Assembly: GCA_963750165.1 (NCBI GenBank)
Contig: CAVVPN010000001.1
Span: forward strand, 288,001-352,000
Length of the DNA: 64,000 nt
Source: an uncultured Gemmataceae bacterium
GTDB lineage: Bacteria; Planctomycetota; Planctomycetia; Gemmatales; Gemmataceae
Reading direction: 5' to 3'
The notes under the pieces were generated by a model that was given only the letters and a program-made list of their open reading frames with translations, did not search any database and was not told the DNA's origin. Within the stretch, counting starts at the first letter, position 1. Each line of letters opens with the position of its first letter. This document shows, one piece after another, positions 25,996 to 37,866 of this stretch. The position numbers and the translations under genes are program-made.

Positions 25996-28236
25996 ATGGC
26001 AAAAAAGGCCCCTAAACCCGAGGCCGCCTACGCCGAGGCCTTGAAGCGGATTGAAGCCTGGCGTCAGCAGGGTAAGCAAGGCAACGTGCTCGATTTGCGC
26101 GGACTGGGCCTTGTCGCGCTGCCGCCGGAGGTCGGCCGCCTCACCGCCCTGACGAGGCTGAACCTCAGCAGCAACCAGTTGACTGCGCTGCCGCCGGAGG
26201 TCGGCCGCCTCACCGCCCTGACGAGGCTGAACCTCGGCGGCAACCGGCTGGCCGCGCTGCCGCCGGAGGTCGGCCGCCTCACCGCCCTGACGACGCTGTT
26301 CCTCAGCCGCAACCGGCTGGCCGCGCTGCCGCCGGAGGTCGTCCGCCTCACCGCCCTGACGGAGCTGGACCTCAGCCGCAACCGATTGGCCGCGCTGCCG
26401 CCGGAGGTCGTCCGCCTCACCGCCCTGACGGAGCTAACCCTCAGCAGCAACCAGTTGGCCGCGCTGCCGCCGGAGGTCGGCCGCCTCACCGCCCTGACGA
26501 GGCTGAACCTCGGCGGCAACCGGCTGGCCGCGCTGCCGCCGGAGGTCGGCCGCCTCACCGCCCTGACGGAGCTGAACCTCAGCCGCAACCGGCTGGCCGC
26601 GCTGCCGCCGGAGGTCGGCCGCCTCACCGCCCTGACGACGCTGTACCTTCACGACAATCCAGACCTGGGTTTGCCGGCGGAAGTGTTGGGGCCGACATGG
26701 CTAGATGTCATCTCAAAAGAAGCCAGGCCCAAGCCGCCGAGCGAGATCCTTGCCTATTACTTTCGCATCGTCGGTACGGCCGGCGAAGCTCTGGGCGAGT
26801 GCAAGCTGATCGTGGTCGGGCGTGGCGGCGTGGGAAAAACCAGTCTGGTCAAGCGCCTGAGCGGTAAACTCTACGACCCCAACGAAGCGGAGACCCACGG
26901 CATCACGATCCGGCAACTGGACTTCGACGCGCAACAGGGTCAGGTGAAGGCCCGCGTGTGGGACTTCGGCGGCCAGGTGGTGCTGCACTCGATGCACGAA
27001 TTCTTCCTCACCGCCCGCAGCCTGTACCTGCTGGTGCTGGGCGAGCGCGACGACATGCTGGAGCGCGACGCCGCCTACTGGCTGCAGCTGATCCGCAGTT
27101 ACGCCGGCGACGCGCCGGTGGTGGTGGCGCTGAACAAGAGCGCCAGCCGCCAGCGGCAGTTCGACCGCGCGACGCTGGAGAAGAATTACGGTCCCATCCT
27201 CGGCTGGGTGGCAACCGAATGCTCCGAGCCCAACGAGACGGTAGGCGGCATCGCGGAATTACGCCGGAAGTTGACCGAGGCGCTCGACAGTCCCCACATG
27301 GACAGCGTGCGTCGGAAATTCCCGAAGAAATGGCACGCCATCAAGGCCGAACTGGAGGGGATGCAGGAAAGCTACCTGGACTACGAAACCTACGAGAAGC
27401 GCTGCCGTGCCCTGGGTGAACCGGACCCGAAAGAGCAGGAGGCCCTGGCGGCGGATCTGCACGACCTGGGGGTAGCTCTGAATTACCGCCGCGACCCGCG
27501 CCTGCGCGACACCACGGTGCTGCGCCCGGACTGGCTGGCTAACGGCATCTACGCGGTGCTGCGGGCCAACGACCTGGACAAGGAACTGCCGCCGGAGTTG
27601 AACGTACCGTTGGCCCCCAAGGGGATCATTACGGCGGCGTTGCTGGAGCGCATCCATCAGAAAGCCGAACACTGGAAGATGCTGCGGGCGGCGGATTACC
27701 CCGCCGAGAAGCGCGACTTTTTGCTGCGACTGATGGACCTGTTTCACCTGAGCTATCCACTGGACGACGAGGGACTCGAGCAGCTGGTGCCAACGCTGCT
27801 GTCGCCGGAACCTCCGCCGGGGACGGACGAACCGGAAGACTCCCAGCGGGTGCGCCTGCGCTACGTGTTCTCGGTGGTGCCCGAACCGTTACTGCCGTGG
27901 TTCATCGCCCGCAGCTTCGCACTGATCCCGGACCAGCGGCACTGGCGTCGCGGGGCGATGCTGGCCTTTGCGGAGGCCCGCGCCAAGGTGTGGGCCACGC
28001 AGGATGACCGTTTCGTCTACGCCACCGTCGCCGGTCCCGAGCAGCAGCGTAAGCGCTTGCTGGCGATCATCCGCGGCACGCTGCACAAGATTTTTAGCGG
28101 ATACCGATCGCTGAAACCGGAGGAGCAATGGGAGTACAAGGGCAAGTTTGTGCCGCGCGAGACGCTGGAAGAATTCGGCGTGCTGCCGCGCCCGGAACCG
28201 GAGGACCCGCGTCTGGGTGAGGAGGTGGAGTCATGA
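25996..28236 (+). CDS. Roco protein: LRR-Roc GTPase-COR
   Basis: Eight 23-aa LRRs, P-loop GRGGVGKTS, ETHGI, WDFGGQ, HEFFLT. COR motifs LHDLGV and LRPDWLANGIY. Confidence 0.93.
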   Translation: MAKKAPKPEAAYAEALKRIEAWRQQGKQGNVLDLRGLGLVALPPEVGRLTALTRLNLSSNQLTALPPEVGRLTALTRLNLGGNRLAALPPEVGRLTALTTLFLSRNRLAALPPEVVRLTALTELDLSRNRLAALPPEVVRLTALTELTLSSNQLAALPPEVGRLTALTRLNLGGNRLAALPPEVGRLTALTELNLSRNRLAALPPEVGRLTALTTLYLHDNPDLGLPAEVLGPTWLDVISKEARPKPPSEILAYYFRIVGTAGEALGECKLIVVGRGGVGKTSLVKRLSGKLYDPNEAETHGITIRQLDFDAQQGQVKARVWDFGGQVVLHSMHEFFLTARSLYLLVLGERDDMLERDAAYWLQLIRSYAGDAPVVVALNKSASRQRQFDRATLEKNYGPILGWVATECSEPNETVGGIAELRRKLTEALDSPHMDSVRRKFPKKWHAIKAELEGMQESYLDYETYEKRCRALGEPDPKEQEALAADLHDLGVALNYRRDPRLRDTTVLRPDWLANGIYAVLRANDLDKELPPELNVPLAPKGIITAALLERIHQKAEHWKMLRAADYPAEKRDFLLRLMDLFHLSYPLDDEGLEQLVPTLLSPEPPPGTDEPEDSQRVRLRYVFSVVPEPLLPWFIARSFALIPDQRHWRRGAMLAFAEARAKVWATQDDRFVYATVAGPEQQRKRLLAIIRGTLHKIFSGYRSLKPEEQWEYKGKFVPRETLEEFGVLPRPEPEDPRLGEEVES
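26110..26661 (+). repeat. Eight near-identical 69-bp tandem repeats encoding LRRs
   Basis: Framework GCGCTGCCGCCGGAGGTCG(G/T)CCGCCTCACCGCCCTGACG recurs every 69 bp. Confidence 0.95.
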
Positions 28237-28784
28237 ACAAGATTCCGCGCACATCCACGCCTCGTAGCCCGGGCCGCGCCGGCCACTCGGTGAAACTGTT
28301 TATCAGTTATTCACACAGGAACAAGGTGTGGATGAAACATCTCACCCCACTGCTGGACGGCTTTCGGTATGACGACCGCCTGGCGAACCGACCTCGTCTT
28401 CAGTACCTCCACGCCTGGCACGACAAGGACCTCCCGGTGGGTAACCCCTGGGACGGCGAGATCAAGCAGGAACTGGAGGAGATGGACATCTTCGTTCCCC
28501 TGGTGAGCATTGATTTCTTCTCGTCGGGGTACATCCAGAATGTCGAACTGCCGCGCGCCAGGGAGCGTCATGCCGTGGGAGAAATTCTGGTGGTGCCGAT
28601 CCTCCTTTACTACGTGAACCTGCGGGAGAAGTGCGCATTTCTGCATGACTTTCCAGCGTATCCCGCAAATGATCGGCTGTGGAGCAAGTACCGTGATCGG
28701 CGTGAAGCGCTCGGGCTTATCGACGACGGCTTGTGGACGGCCATTGATGCGGTCCTGCAACGCAAAGCGACCGGGAAGATGTGA
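28233..28784 (+). CDS. Stand-alone TIR-domain protein
   Basis: KLFISYSH, AWHDKDLPVGNPWDGEI, FFSSGYIQNVEL (Glu at the catalytic position). ATGA overlap with the Roco gene and a GAGGAGG RBS. Confidence 0.92.
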   Translation: MNKIPRTSTPRSPGRAGHSVKLFISYSHRNKVWMKHLTPLLDGFRYDDRLANRPRLQYLHAWHDKDLPVGNPWDGEIKQELEEMDIFVPLVSIDFFSSGYIQNVELPRARERHAVGEILVVPILLYYVNLREKCAFLHDFPAYPANDRLWSKYRDRREALGLIDDGLWTAIDAVLQRKATGKM

Positions 28785-29144
28785 GCCTTTGTTGTGGTCC
28801 GATGACCAGGCCACAACGCGGCGGTGGCGGCGGGCGTCAATCGCTGCCAGTCGCTGCAAGGGGATCACCTCCCGGCCCGCGTGCGGATGAGCCCCTTGAT
28901 CCCCTTGCTCGGACTGGCAACCCCGGGCGCACGCCGGCACAGCGCGGCAGGTCCGTCCGGCAACGGTTGGCCCGTGAACCCCTTGAGCTTCTTGAACCCC
29001 TTGCCCGGACTGGCAACCGCCGGCACCCCGCAGGCCCAGAAACCGTGAACAGCCGTCCCGGTGCCGCGACACCGCCTATCCAACCCCGTTCAATCCTGGT
29101 ACACTGGCGAGGTCAACGGACCCCAGGACTTCAGGAGAGGTGCG

Positions 29145-30962
<1,818 letters not shown>

Positions 30963-30978
30963 GGCTTTTCTGCCGCTG

Positions 30979-31088
30979 GCGGCTTATGCGGCAGCACCCT
31001 GGCGGTTCTTGCTTGAGACATGACCGCCGACGAGCGCGCCGACGTGGCCGCGGCTTATGCGGCAGCACCCTGGCGGTTCTTGCTTGAG
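30979..31088 (+). repeat. 39-bp exact direct repeat pair
   Basis: GCGGCTTATGCGGCAGCACCCTGGCGGTTCTTGCTTGAG at 30979 and 31050. Confidence 0.85.
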
Positions 31089-31143
31089 CCCGAAACCTGG
31101 GCTTCGGGCTCAGAACCTGGAGCGGTTCGCGTTTGGGTAGCGC

Positions 31144-31216
31144 ACAAGTCGTGGGACGGCTCTCCAGAGCCGTCAGCGTTCTCCCGACGGCTCTGGAGAG
31201 CCGTCCCACGACTTGT
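31144..31216. repeat. REP doublet (inverted pair)
   Basis: ACAAGTCGTGGGACGGCTCTCCAGAGCCGTC and its reverse complement. Same unit at 45271. Confidence 0.85.
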
Positions 31217-31269
31217 AGTCCACGCGACTGGGAACCGCTCTAAACGGGCCGCCGCGGAAAGAAGACGCC

Positions 31270-31707
31270 TCAACTCACAGGCCACACCTGCACGCCGAAC
31301 GACTCCAGCTCAAAATCCTCGCCCTTGTCGCCCTCCCCGGGGCCGCCGCGTTCCAGGCTGATGCGCAGGAACGCCCACAGGCACGCCGGCTCACCGCCGT
31401 GGTCGTAACCGTTGGCGTCCACGTCCGCCTCCAGCAACCAGCGCCAGGCGCGGCGTTCGCTGCCCTGCTCTGCTTCCTCCTGCCAGCCCTTGAGCACACG
31501 CTCCACCGCCTGCAGCGCGGCGCGGACCACCCTGGCGTCGCTGACGGCGACGCGCACCTCGTCGCCGAGGCGTTCCAGGTTGGTTTTGGTCTGCTGCGTG
31601 ACCACCTCGAAGAGGCGATGCTCCAGCGTGGTGGCGCGCCACGGCGACCACAGGTAAAAGGAGACGCGCGGCGTCTCCAGGGTCAGGCCGTAAAACTCGA
31701 CGCGCAT
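31270..31707 (-). CDS. Hypothetical protein
   Basis: 145-aa ORF with RBS GGAGA and protein-like composition. Confidence 0.75.
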   Translation of the reverse strand: MRVEFYGLTLETPRVSFYLWSPWRATTLEHRLFEVVTQQTKTNLERLGDEVRVAVSDARVVRAALQAVERVLKGWQEEAEQGSERRAWRWLLEADVDANGYDHGGEPACLWAFLRISLERGGPGEGDKGEDFELESFGVQVWPVS

Positions 31708-31943
31708 GCTCGGATCTCCCCGCGGGGCTGGTTGGCGGGCGATGGCTTACGACCATCGTAGCCGCTGGGGGGCCGCCTCCACAAGGGAGAGGGCGCCGCT
31801 TCGCGGAGGCACCAGTTCGCCGGGCGCCGCAGGGCCGGCAGAGGCCGAATTCGCGGCAGTTTTCGGTTGCACAAGGCGACGGCCGCCTCTACATTCCACT
31901 ACACGACCTCGCCGCGCACCGTCTGCTCCGAAGGAGTGCCCTC

Positions 31944-33428
31944 ATGGGAGCCACCGACACCGCACTTCCGGGCGTCGCACTGCCGCACGCCGACCCCCGC
32001 CTGCGTTTCAAACTGTCCGTGATGATGTTCCTGGAGTTCTTCATCTGGGGCTCCTGGCTGCCGCTCATCTTCGGCTACCTGCCCGCCCTGGGCTTCAGCA
32101 CCAGCGAACAATCGTGGATCCTGAACGCCTTCGCCCTGGCGTCGTTCACGGCGATGTTCTTCAGCACGCAGTTCGCCGACCGCAACTTTTCCGGCGAAAA
32201 ATTCATGGCCTTCAGCCACCTCGTCGGCGGACTCGCCATTTTGGGGCTGGGCTTCGTTGACAGCTTCCTGGCCTTCTTCGCGCTGATGCTGCTGCACTCG
32301 CTGTTCTACGTGCCGACCATCTCCATCAGTAACGCCGTCGCCTTCGCCAACCTCAAGGACGCGCAGCGCGATTTCGGCATGGTGCGGCTGTGGGGCACCA
32401 TCGGCTGGATCGCCGCCAGCTGGCCGTTCGTGTTCATCCTGACGGACTGGGACAAGGTGGCCGCCGCCCAGCCGGCCAGCTTCATCGACTGGCTCGGCCT
32501 GGCGATGGGCACGCCGAAGACGGGCGCCGCGCTGATCACCGCCACAAGCTCCACGTTCATCACTGCGGGCGTGGCGTCGCTGATCCTGGCTGGCTTCAGC
32601 CTGTACCTGCCGCACACGCCGCCGCGGCCGGCCGCCCCCGGCGGCGAAAAGTTCGCCTGGCTGGAGGCGCTCAAGCTGCTGCGCGTGCCCTTCATGCTGG
32701 TGCTGTTCGTCGTCACCTTCATCGACGCGATGGTGCATCAGGGCTTTTTCGTGCTGACGGCCACCTACCTGATTGACGTGGTGAAGATCCCCGCGCAGTG
32801 GGTGATGCCAGTGATGAGCATCGGCCAGATCGCGGAGATCGGCACCATGGCCGTGCTGGGCTACTTCCTGAAGCGGTTCGGCTGGAAGATGACGATGGTG
32901 ATCGGCGTGCTGGGTCATACGGTGCGCTTCGCGGTCTTCGCGTTCGCCCCGGAGCTGCCGTGGCTGGTGATCCTGGTGAACGTGCTGCACGGCATCTGCT
33001 ACGCCTTTTTCTTCGCCACGGTGTACATCTTCGTGGACGAGTTCTTCCCCAAGGACGCTCGCTCCAGTGCTCAGGGGTTGTTCAACTTCCTGATTCTCGG
33101 CCTGGGGCCGTTCGTCGCCAATTTCCTGTGGCCGGAGTTGCGCGACCACGTGTTCAAGCACGCCGGCCAGGTGGACTACGAGGGGCTGTTCCTGGTGCCT
33201 TCGGGCATCGGCCTGGCCGGAGCCCTGCTGCTGCTGGTGTTTTTCAATCCGCCAGCCCGGGCCCAGCCGGCGGTGGACGGGACACCCCTTCACGGAGCAA
33301 GCAACCTTGCCGAGGCCATCCAGTCCACCGGCGACGGGGCGCGAACCGTGCCGGCCGCGGTGGACGAGGCCATCCGCCCGGCCAACTATCCGGTGCCGCC
33401 GGGGGAGGGCACAACCGCGTCGTCCTGA
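31944..33428 (+). CDS. MFS nucleoside:H+ symporter family transporter (NupG/YegT-like)
   Basis: LSVMMFLEFFIWGSW, VRLWGTIGWI, MSIGQIAEI, LHGICYAFFF. Confidence 0.9.
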   Translation: MGATDTALPGVALPHADPRLRFKLSVMMFLEFFIWGSWLPLIFGYLPALGFSTSEQSWILNAFALASFTAMFFSTQFADRNFSGEKFMAFSHLVGGLAILGLGFVDSFLAFFALMLLHSLFYVPTISISNAVAFANLKDAQRDFGMVRLWGTIGWIAASWPFVFILTDWDKVAAAQPASFIDWLGLAMGTPKTGAALITATSSTFITAGVASLILAGFSLYLPHTPPRPAAPGGEKFAWLEALKLLRVPFMLVLFVVTFIDAMVHQGFFVLTATYLIDVVKIPAQWVMPVMSIGQIAEIGTMAVLGYFLKRFGWKMTMVIGVLGHTVRFAVFAFAPELPWLVILVNVLHGICYAFFFATVYIFVDEFFPKDARSSAQGLFNFLILGLGPFVANFLWPELRDHVFKHAGQVDYEGLFLVPSGIGLAGALLLLVFFNPPARAQPAVDGTPLHGASNLAEAIQSTGDGARTVPAAVDEAIRPANYPVPPGEGTTASS

Positions 33429-33433
33429 TCCGT

Positions 33434-33488
33434 CCCTCCTCGTTTACGTTTCGCGCGCCGCGAGCGCGCGAAACGTAAACGAGGAGGG
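33434..33488. repeat. REP-like palindrome
   Basis: CCCTCCTCGTTTACGTTTCGCGCG...CGCGCGAAACGTAAACGAGGAGGG. Related copy at ~52737-52778. Confidence 0.85.
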
Positions 33489-33640
33489 GCGTGCGCCGAT
33501 ACCCATTCACCAAAGTCCATTTTTACTGGACAACCCCACCCCCGCCGCGGTTCAATACAAGACAGCGGCGGCCCGTCGCGGCTCTCCCCGTCTCGTCGCC
33601 CTGGCGTTCCTGACCTCGGACTACCCGGAGAGGTGTTTCC

Positions 33641-36600
33641 ATGCCACAAACCTGCGCCCACTGCGCGCGGATCAACCCGCTGGACGCCCGGTATTGCTAC
33701 TACGACGGCAGCGCCCTTAACGGCGCCGGCGGCGCCGCCAGTCCGCAGGCCATCGGCACGCAGCCGTTTCCGATGCCGTTCGTTTTCGCTGACGGCCATT
33801 CCTGCCGCAACTTCGACCAGCTGGCCGTCGGCTGCCAGGAGCACTGGGCGGAGGCGCTCGACCTGCTGAAAGAGGGGTCGCTGGAACGCTTCCTGGGTGG
33901 TCTGGGCCGGGCAGACCTGGCCGCCGCCGCGCAGGCCGCGGCCGCCTTCCCCGATCGCGAACGCGGCCTCGACCAGCTGCTCGCCCGACTGCCCAGCCAG
34001 GCCCTGCAAGCGCCGAAACTGCGCGTCGAGCCGCAGGAGATCAACCTTGGCATCCTGAAGCGCGGCCAACCGGCTCGCTTTGAACTGCATCTGGAAAATC
34101 AGGGCGGCCGGCTGCTCTACGGCTCCGCGGTGGCCACGTGCAACTGGCTGCGCCTCGGTGACGGCGCCGGCGTCGCGCAGAAGTTGTTCCAGTTCGGCGG
34201 TGAGGGTGTCCTCGGCGTGCAGGTGGTGCCCGAGCAGGCTGCGCCGGGCCCAAGGGCATGGAGGGCCGCGTGGTCGTCGAGTCCAACGGCGGCAGTGTAT
34301 CCGTGACGGTGCGGGCGGAGGTGCCGACGATGCCGTTTGCGCAGGGCGTGCTGGCCGGGGCGACGACGCCCCGGCAGCTGGCCGAGAAGGCCAAGGCCGC
34401 CCCCAGGGAAGCGGCCGCGTTCTTCGAGAACGGGACGGTGCAGCAGTGGTATCAGGACAACGGCTGGACCTACCCGGTGCAGGGACCGAATGCCAGCGGC
34501 CTGGGTGCCGTGCAGCAGTTCTTCGAGGCCCTGGGATTGGCGAAGGCGCCGCGGGTTGAGATGGCGGAGTCGGCCATATTCCTGCGCGGCAAGCCGGGCG
34601 AGAAACTGCGGCACAATTTGGTGGTGCGCAGCACGGAGAAGCGGCCGGTGTTCGCGCACGCGCGCAGCGACCAGCCGTGGCTGATGGTCGGCCTGGTGCA
34701 GCTGCAGGGGGCGACTGCGACGGTGCTGCTGGAGGTGAGCCCGGTACCGCAGCGGCCCGGCCAGACGCTGCAGGCCAACGTCACGGTGACCGCCAACGGC
34801 AATCAGCAGTTCGTTCTGCCGGTGACGCTGACGGTGGACAGGGCCACGAACGTCAAGAGCGCCGCGGCCGCCGCGGTCGTGCCGGCGCTGGCGGTGCTGC
34901 TGCCCGAGGCGATGAAGCCGACCGTGACGATGGCCCACGCCGACACCGACATCGGCGACAGCGGCACCGGTCGCAAAACGCAGTCGGTTCGCGCCGGCCG
35001 CCCGTCGTCCGCCGCCGCCGCGCCTCCGTCCCGGCGGCCGCGCACGCGCCCCCGCGAGGAAGAGGGCGGCGGCAACACTCTGAAGTACGTGCTGGCGGCG
35101 TTTGGGGCGCTGCTGTTGCTGGTGCTGGGCGGCGGGTTCTTCGTGCTGGTCAGCGGCGTCCTCAACCCGGCGGCGGAGAAGGACGAATCGGCGGCGAAGA
35201 AGAACGGCCCGGTCAACATCGCCCTGGAGGATGACCGGACGGAGAAGGTCAAGGGGGGCAAGAAGAAGCCCGGCAAGACGATCACCGTGGTGCAGGTCAA
35301 GGACGAGGGCGAGGAGGTGACGCGGCTGGTGGTCGATCAGCCGGGGGCGCCGGTGGTGGCCAGGGTGGTCGAGGAGAAGGACGAGGGGCCGCCGCCGATG
35401 AAGCCCAGGACCGAGGTGGTCATCAAGGACGAGCCGGCCGAGGGGCCGGCGGGCGCGGCCGGTTTCCCGCTGGACCCGAACCCGTTGGTGCGCTACCAGC
35501 GCGGCGGCGCCGAGTTCGGTATCACCGCGGTGCGCGACCGCCGTGGACAGCCGCTCAACAAGCTCATCACCTATTCGCCGGTGGGCCAGACCAGCCGCAC
35601 CATCATCCGCGTGAACAATACGGCGCTCCCCCTGGTCAACTTGCAGCAGGCCGCCGGCCCCGACCAGCAGTTGCCCGACGACCGGAACCGCCGGGCGTAC
35701 TTCCGCAGTGAGCGTGTCTACCGCTTCGGGAAGCTGACGCTGCGCCACATCCTGGAGATCGTGCCCAGCAAGCAGCCAGCGGTCGTGAACGGCCAGAAGA
35801 AGCGGCTGCTGGACACGGTGCTGGTGCGTTACATCTTTGAAAACGCCGACACGAAGGCGTACACCTTCGGCATGCGCGCCCAGGTAGACACGCTGATCGG
35901 CGGCAACGACGGCGTGCCGTTCACCATCCCGGGCTATCCCGGCCTGGTGAACACCTTCGCGGACTTCCGCACCCCCATGCACAAGATGCCGACGTTCATC
36001 CAGGCGCTGGAGTTTCCCAACTTGCAGAACCCGGGCACGGTGGCGCTGATGACGATCCAGGTGGGCGGCAAGGTGGAGCCGCCGGCGCGCATGAGCCTGA
36101 CCGCCTGGCCGTCCGACCGCGGCCAGTACGAGGTGCCGGTGACCAACATGGGCAACGACTCGTGCGTGGTTCTGTACTGGCCGGACAAGCAGCTCAAGCC
36201 CCGGCAGCGCCGCGAAATGGGCTACGCCTACGGCCTGGGCGCCGTGGACGCCGGCGAGGCGGGCGGCAAGTTCGCGATCACGCTGAACGGCAACTTCGAG
36301 CCGGGCCAGCAGTTCACCACCACGGCCCTGTTCACCAACCCGAAGGCGAATCAGCTGGCGCAAATCCAGGTGCCGCCGGGCCTGACGGTGGAGGGCGCGG
36401 CCAACGTGAAGGTGCCGGCGGCCAACGCCGGCGCCGCCGTGGTCACCTGGAACGTCAAGGTCGAGAAGCCGGGCGAGTTCCGCGTGAGCGTGATCTCCGA
36501 TGGTGTCAAGCAGTCGAAGCTCATCAGCATCACGCAGAAGGAGGCGCCGAACCTCGGCAAACTGGCGATGAAGCTGGACGGCTCCTATGAGATCGGCGAG

Positions 36601-37491
36601 TCGTTCAACGTGACGGTGACGGCGACCGAGTTCCCGGCCGACCAGACGCTGACGCTGAAACTGCCGAAGGAACTGGAGCTGAACCCGCCGGACGGCTCCG
36701 CGACGCAGCTGGTGCCGGAGGCCGACAAGGACACGAAGGCCGCCACGGTGCGCTGGAAGGTGAAGGTGAAGGAGCACGGCACCTTTCCAGTGCGCGTCGA
36801 GAGCAGCAACGGCCTGGCCAAGACGGCGACGCTGACGGTGCAGAAGCAGACCGACCTGGGCCGCTTCACGCTGAAGCTCGACGGCCAGTTCGAGCCGGGC
36901 AAGACGTTCACCGTCAAGGCGCTGGTGACCCGGCCGGCGCCGAAGCAGACGCTGAGCCTGGATTTGCCGAAGGAGCTGACCTGCACGAAACCGGACCTGG
37001 TGCAGACCGTGCCGGCGGCGGACGGCGGCGAAACCAGTACGGTGAGCTGGGAAGTCAAGGTGGGCGGCCTGGGCCAGCTGCCGATGCGCGTGCGGAGCAG
37101 TCTCGGGCTGACCAAGGTGGTGACGCTGGACCTGCGGCAGAAGACGGAGGGGGCGGTCGAGGCGGTGGACAACTTCCGGTTGTCGTTCGCCGGCGACATC
37201 GCGCCGGGCAAGGAATTCCAGCTGATTGCGAAGGTGACGAACCCGGTGCCGGGTCAGAAGCTGACGTTTCGGGTGCCGTCGCAGTTGAAGCTGGTCGAGG
37301 GGCCGGCGACGCAAACGGTGCCGGCCACACCGGGCATCCACGAGGTGGCGTGGCGCGTGCGCGTGGTGGACATCGGCCGCATCCCAATGGTGGTCGATTC
37401 GACGACGGGCTTTCGCAAGACCAAGACGGTCACGCTGACCAGCGTCGAGAAGGAGAAGACGCAGACCGGCGGCAACATCTTCGGGAAGTGA
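33641..37491 (+). CDS. Large single-pass membrane protein (zinc ribbon, two cytoplasmic modules, TM, tandem Ig-like domains); apparent frameshift near 34250
   Basis: ORFs 33641-34306 and 34258-37491 join with one extra C in GGGCCCAAG. CAHC..CYYD zinc ribbon and four G.FEPG..F-type repeats. Confidence 0.75.
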
Positions 37492-37526
37492 GGAAGCCAG
37501 GCGGCCGTCCGTTTTGCGAGGGGCCT

Positions 37527-37844
37527 ATGCCATACGTGATTCGCTGTCCGCATTGTCGAAAACCGATGCAGGTTCCCGGTCAAGCGGCCGGCCGCGATGT
37601 CCGTTGTCCTGCGTGCAACCAGCCGTTCACGGTCCCGCCCAGCGACCCGGACGCGAACGCGGGGACCGTCGGCAAGCCCGATCCAGGACCAGGGCGCGGC
37701 GGTGCTGCCCGTGAACAAGACGCTTCGGCCTGGAGCTTGAGCCATGCCGCCGGTATTCCCCTTGACCATCCTGCCCCCGAGGAATACGGTAATGATTCTG
37801 ACCATTCCACAAGGCACAGCAGGGATGTGGATGTGCGCGGGTAG
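37527..37844 (+). CDS. Small zinc-ribbon protein (possibly a truncated remnant)
   Basis: MPYVIRCPHCRKPMQVP...VRCPACNQPF. Confidence 0.6.
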   Translation: MPYVIRCPHCRKPMQVPGQAAGRDVRCPACNQPFTVPPSDPDANAGTVGKPDPGPGRGGAAREQDASAWSLSHAAGIPLDHPAPEEYGNDSDHSTRHSRDVDVRG

Positions 37845-37866
37845 AGCGTTGACCGGAGAGAAGTGA

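Noticed and set aside
26110..26661. Diversity-generating retroelement acting on the LRRs
   Set aside because: No reverse transcriptase or template repeat in the window, and the differences are not restricted to adenines.
34117..37341. 1074-aa minus-strand ORF and similar long antisense ORFs (e.g. 23997-25898, 29229-30737, 42464-44518)
   Set aside because: Shadow frames of real high-GC genes, with no recognisable motifs.
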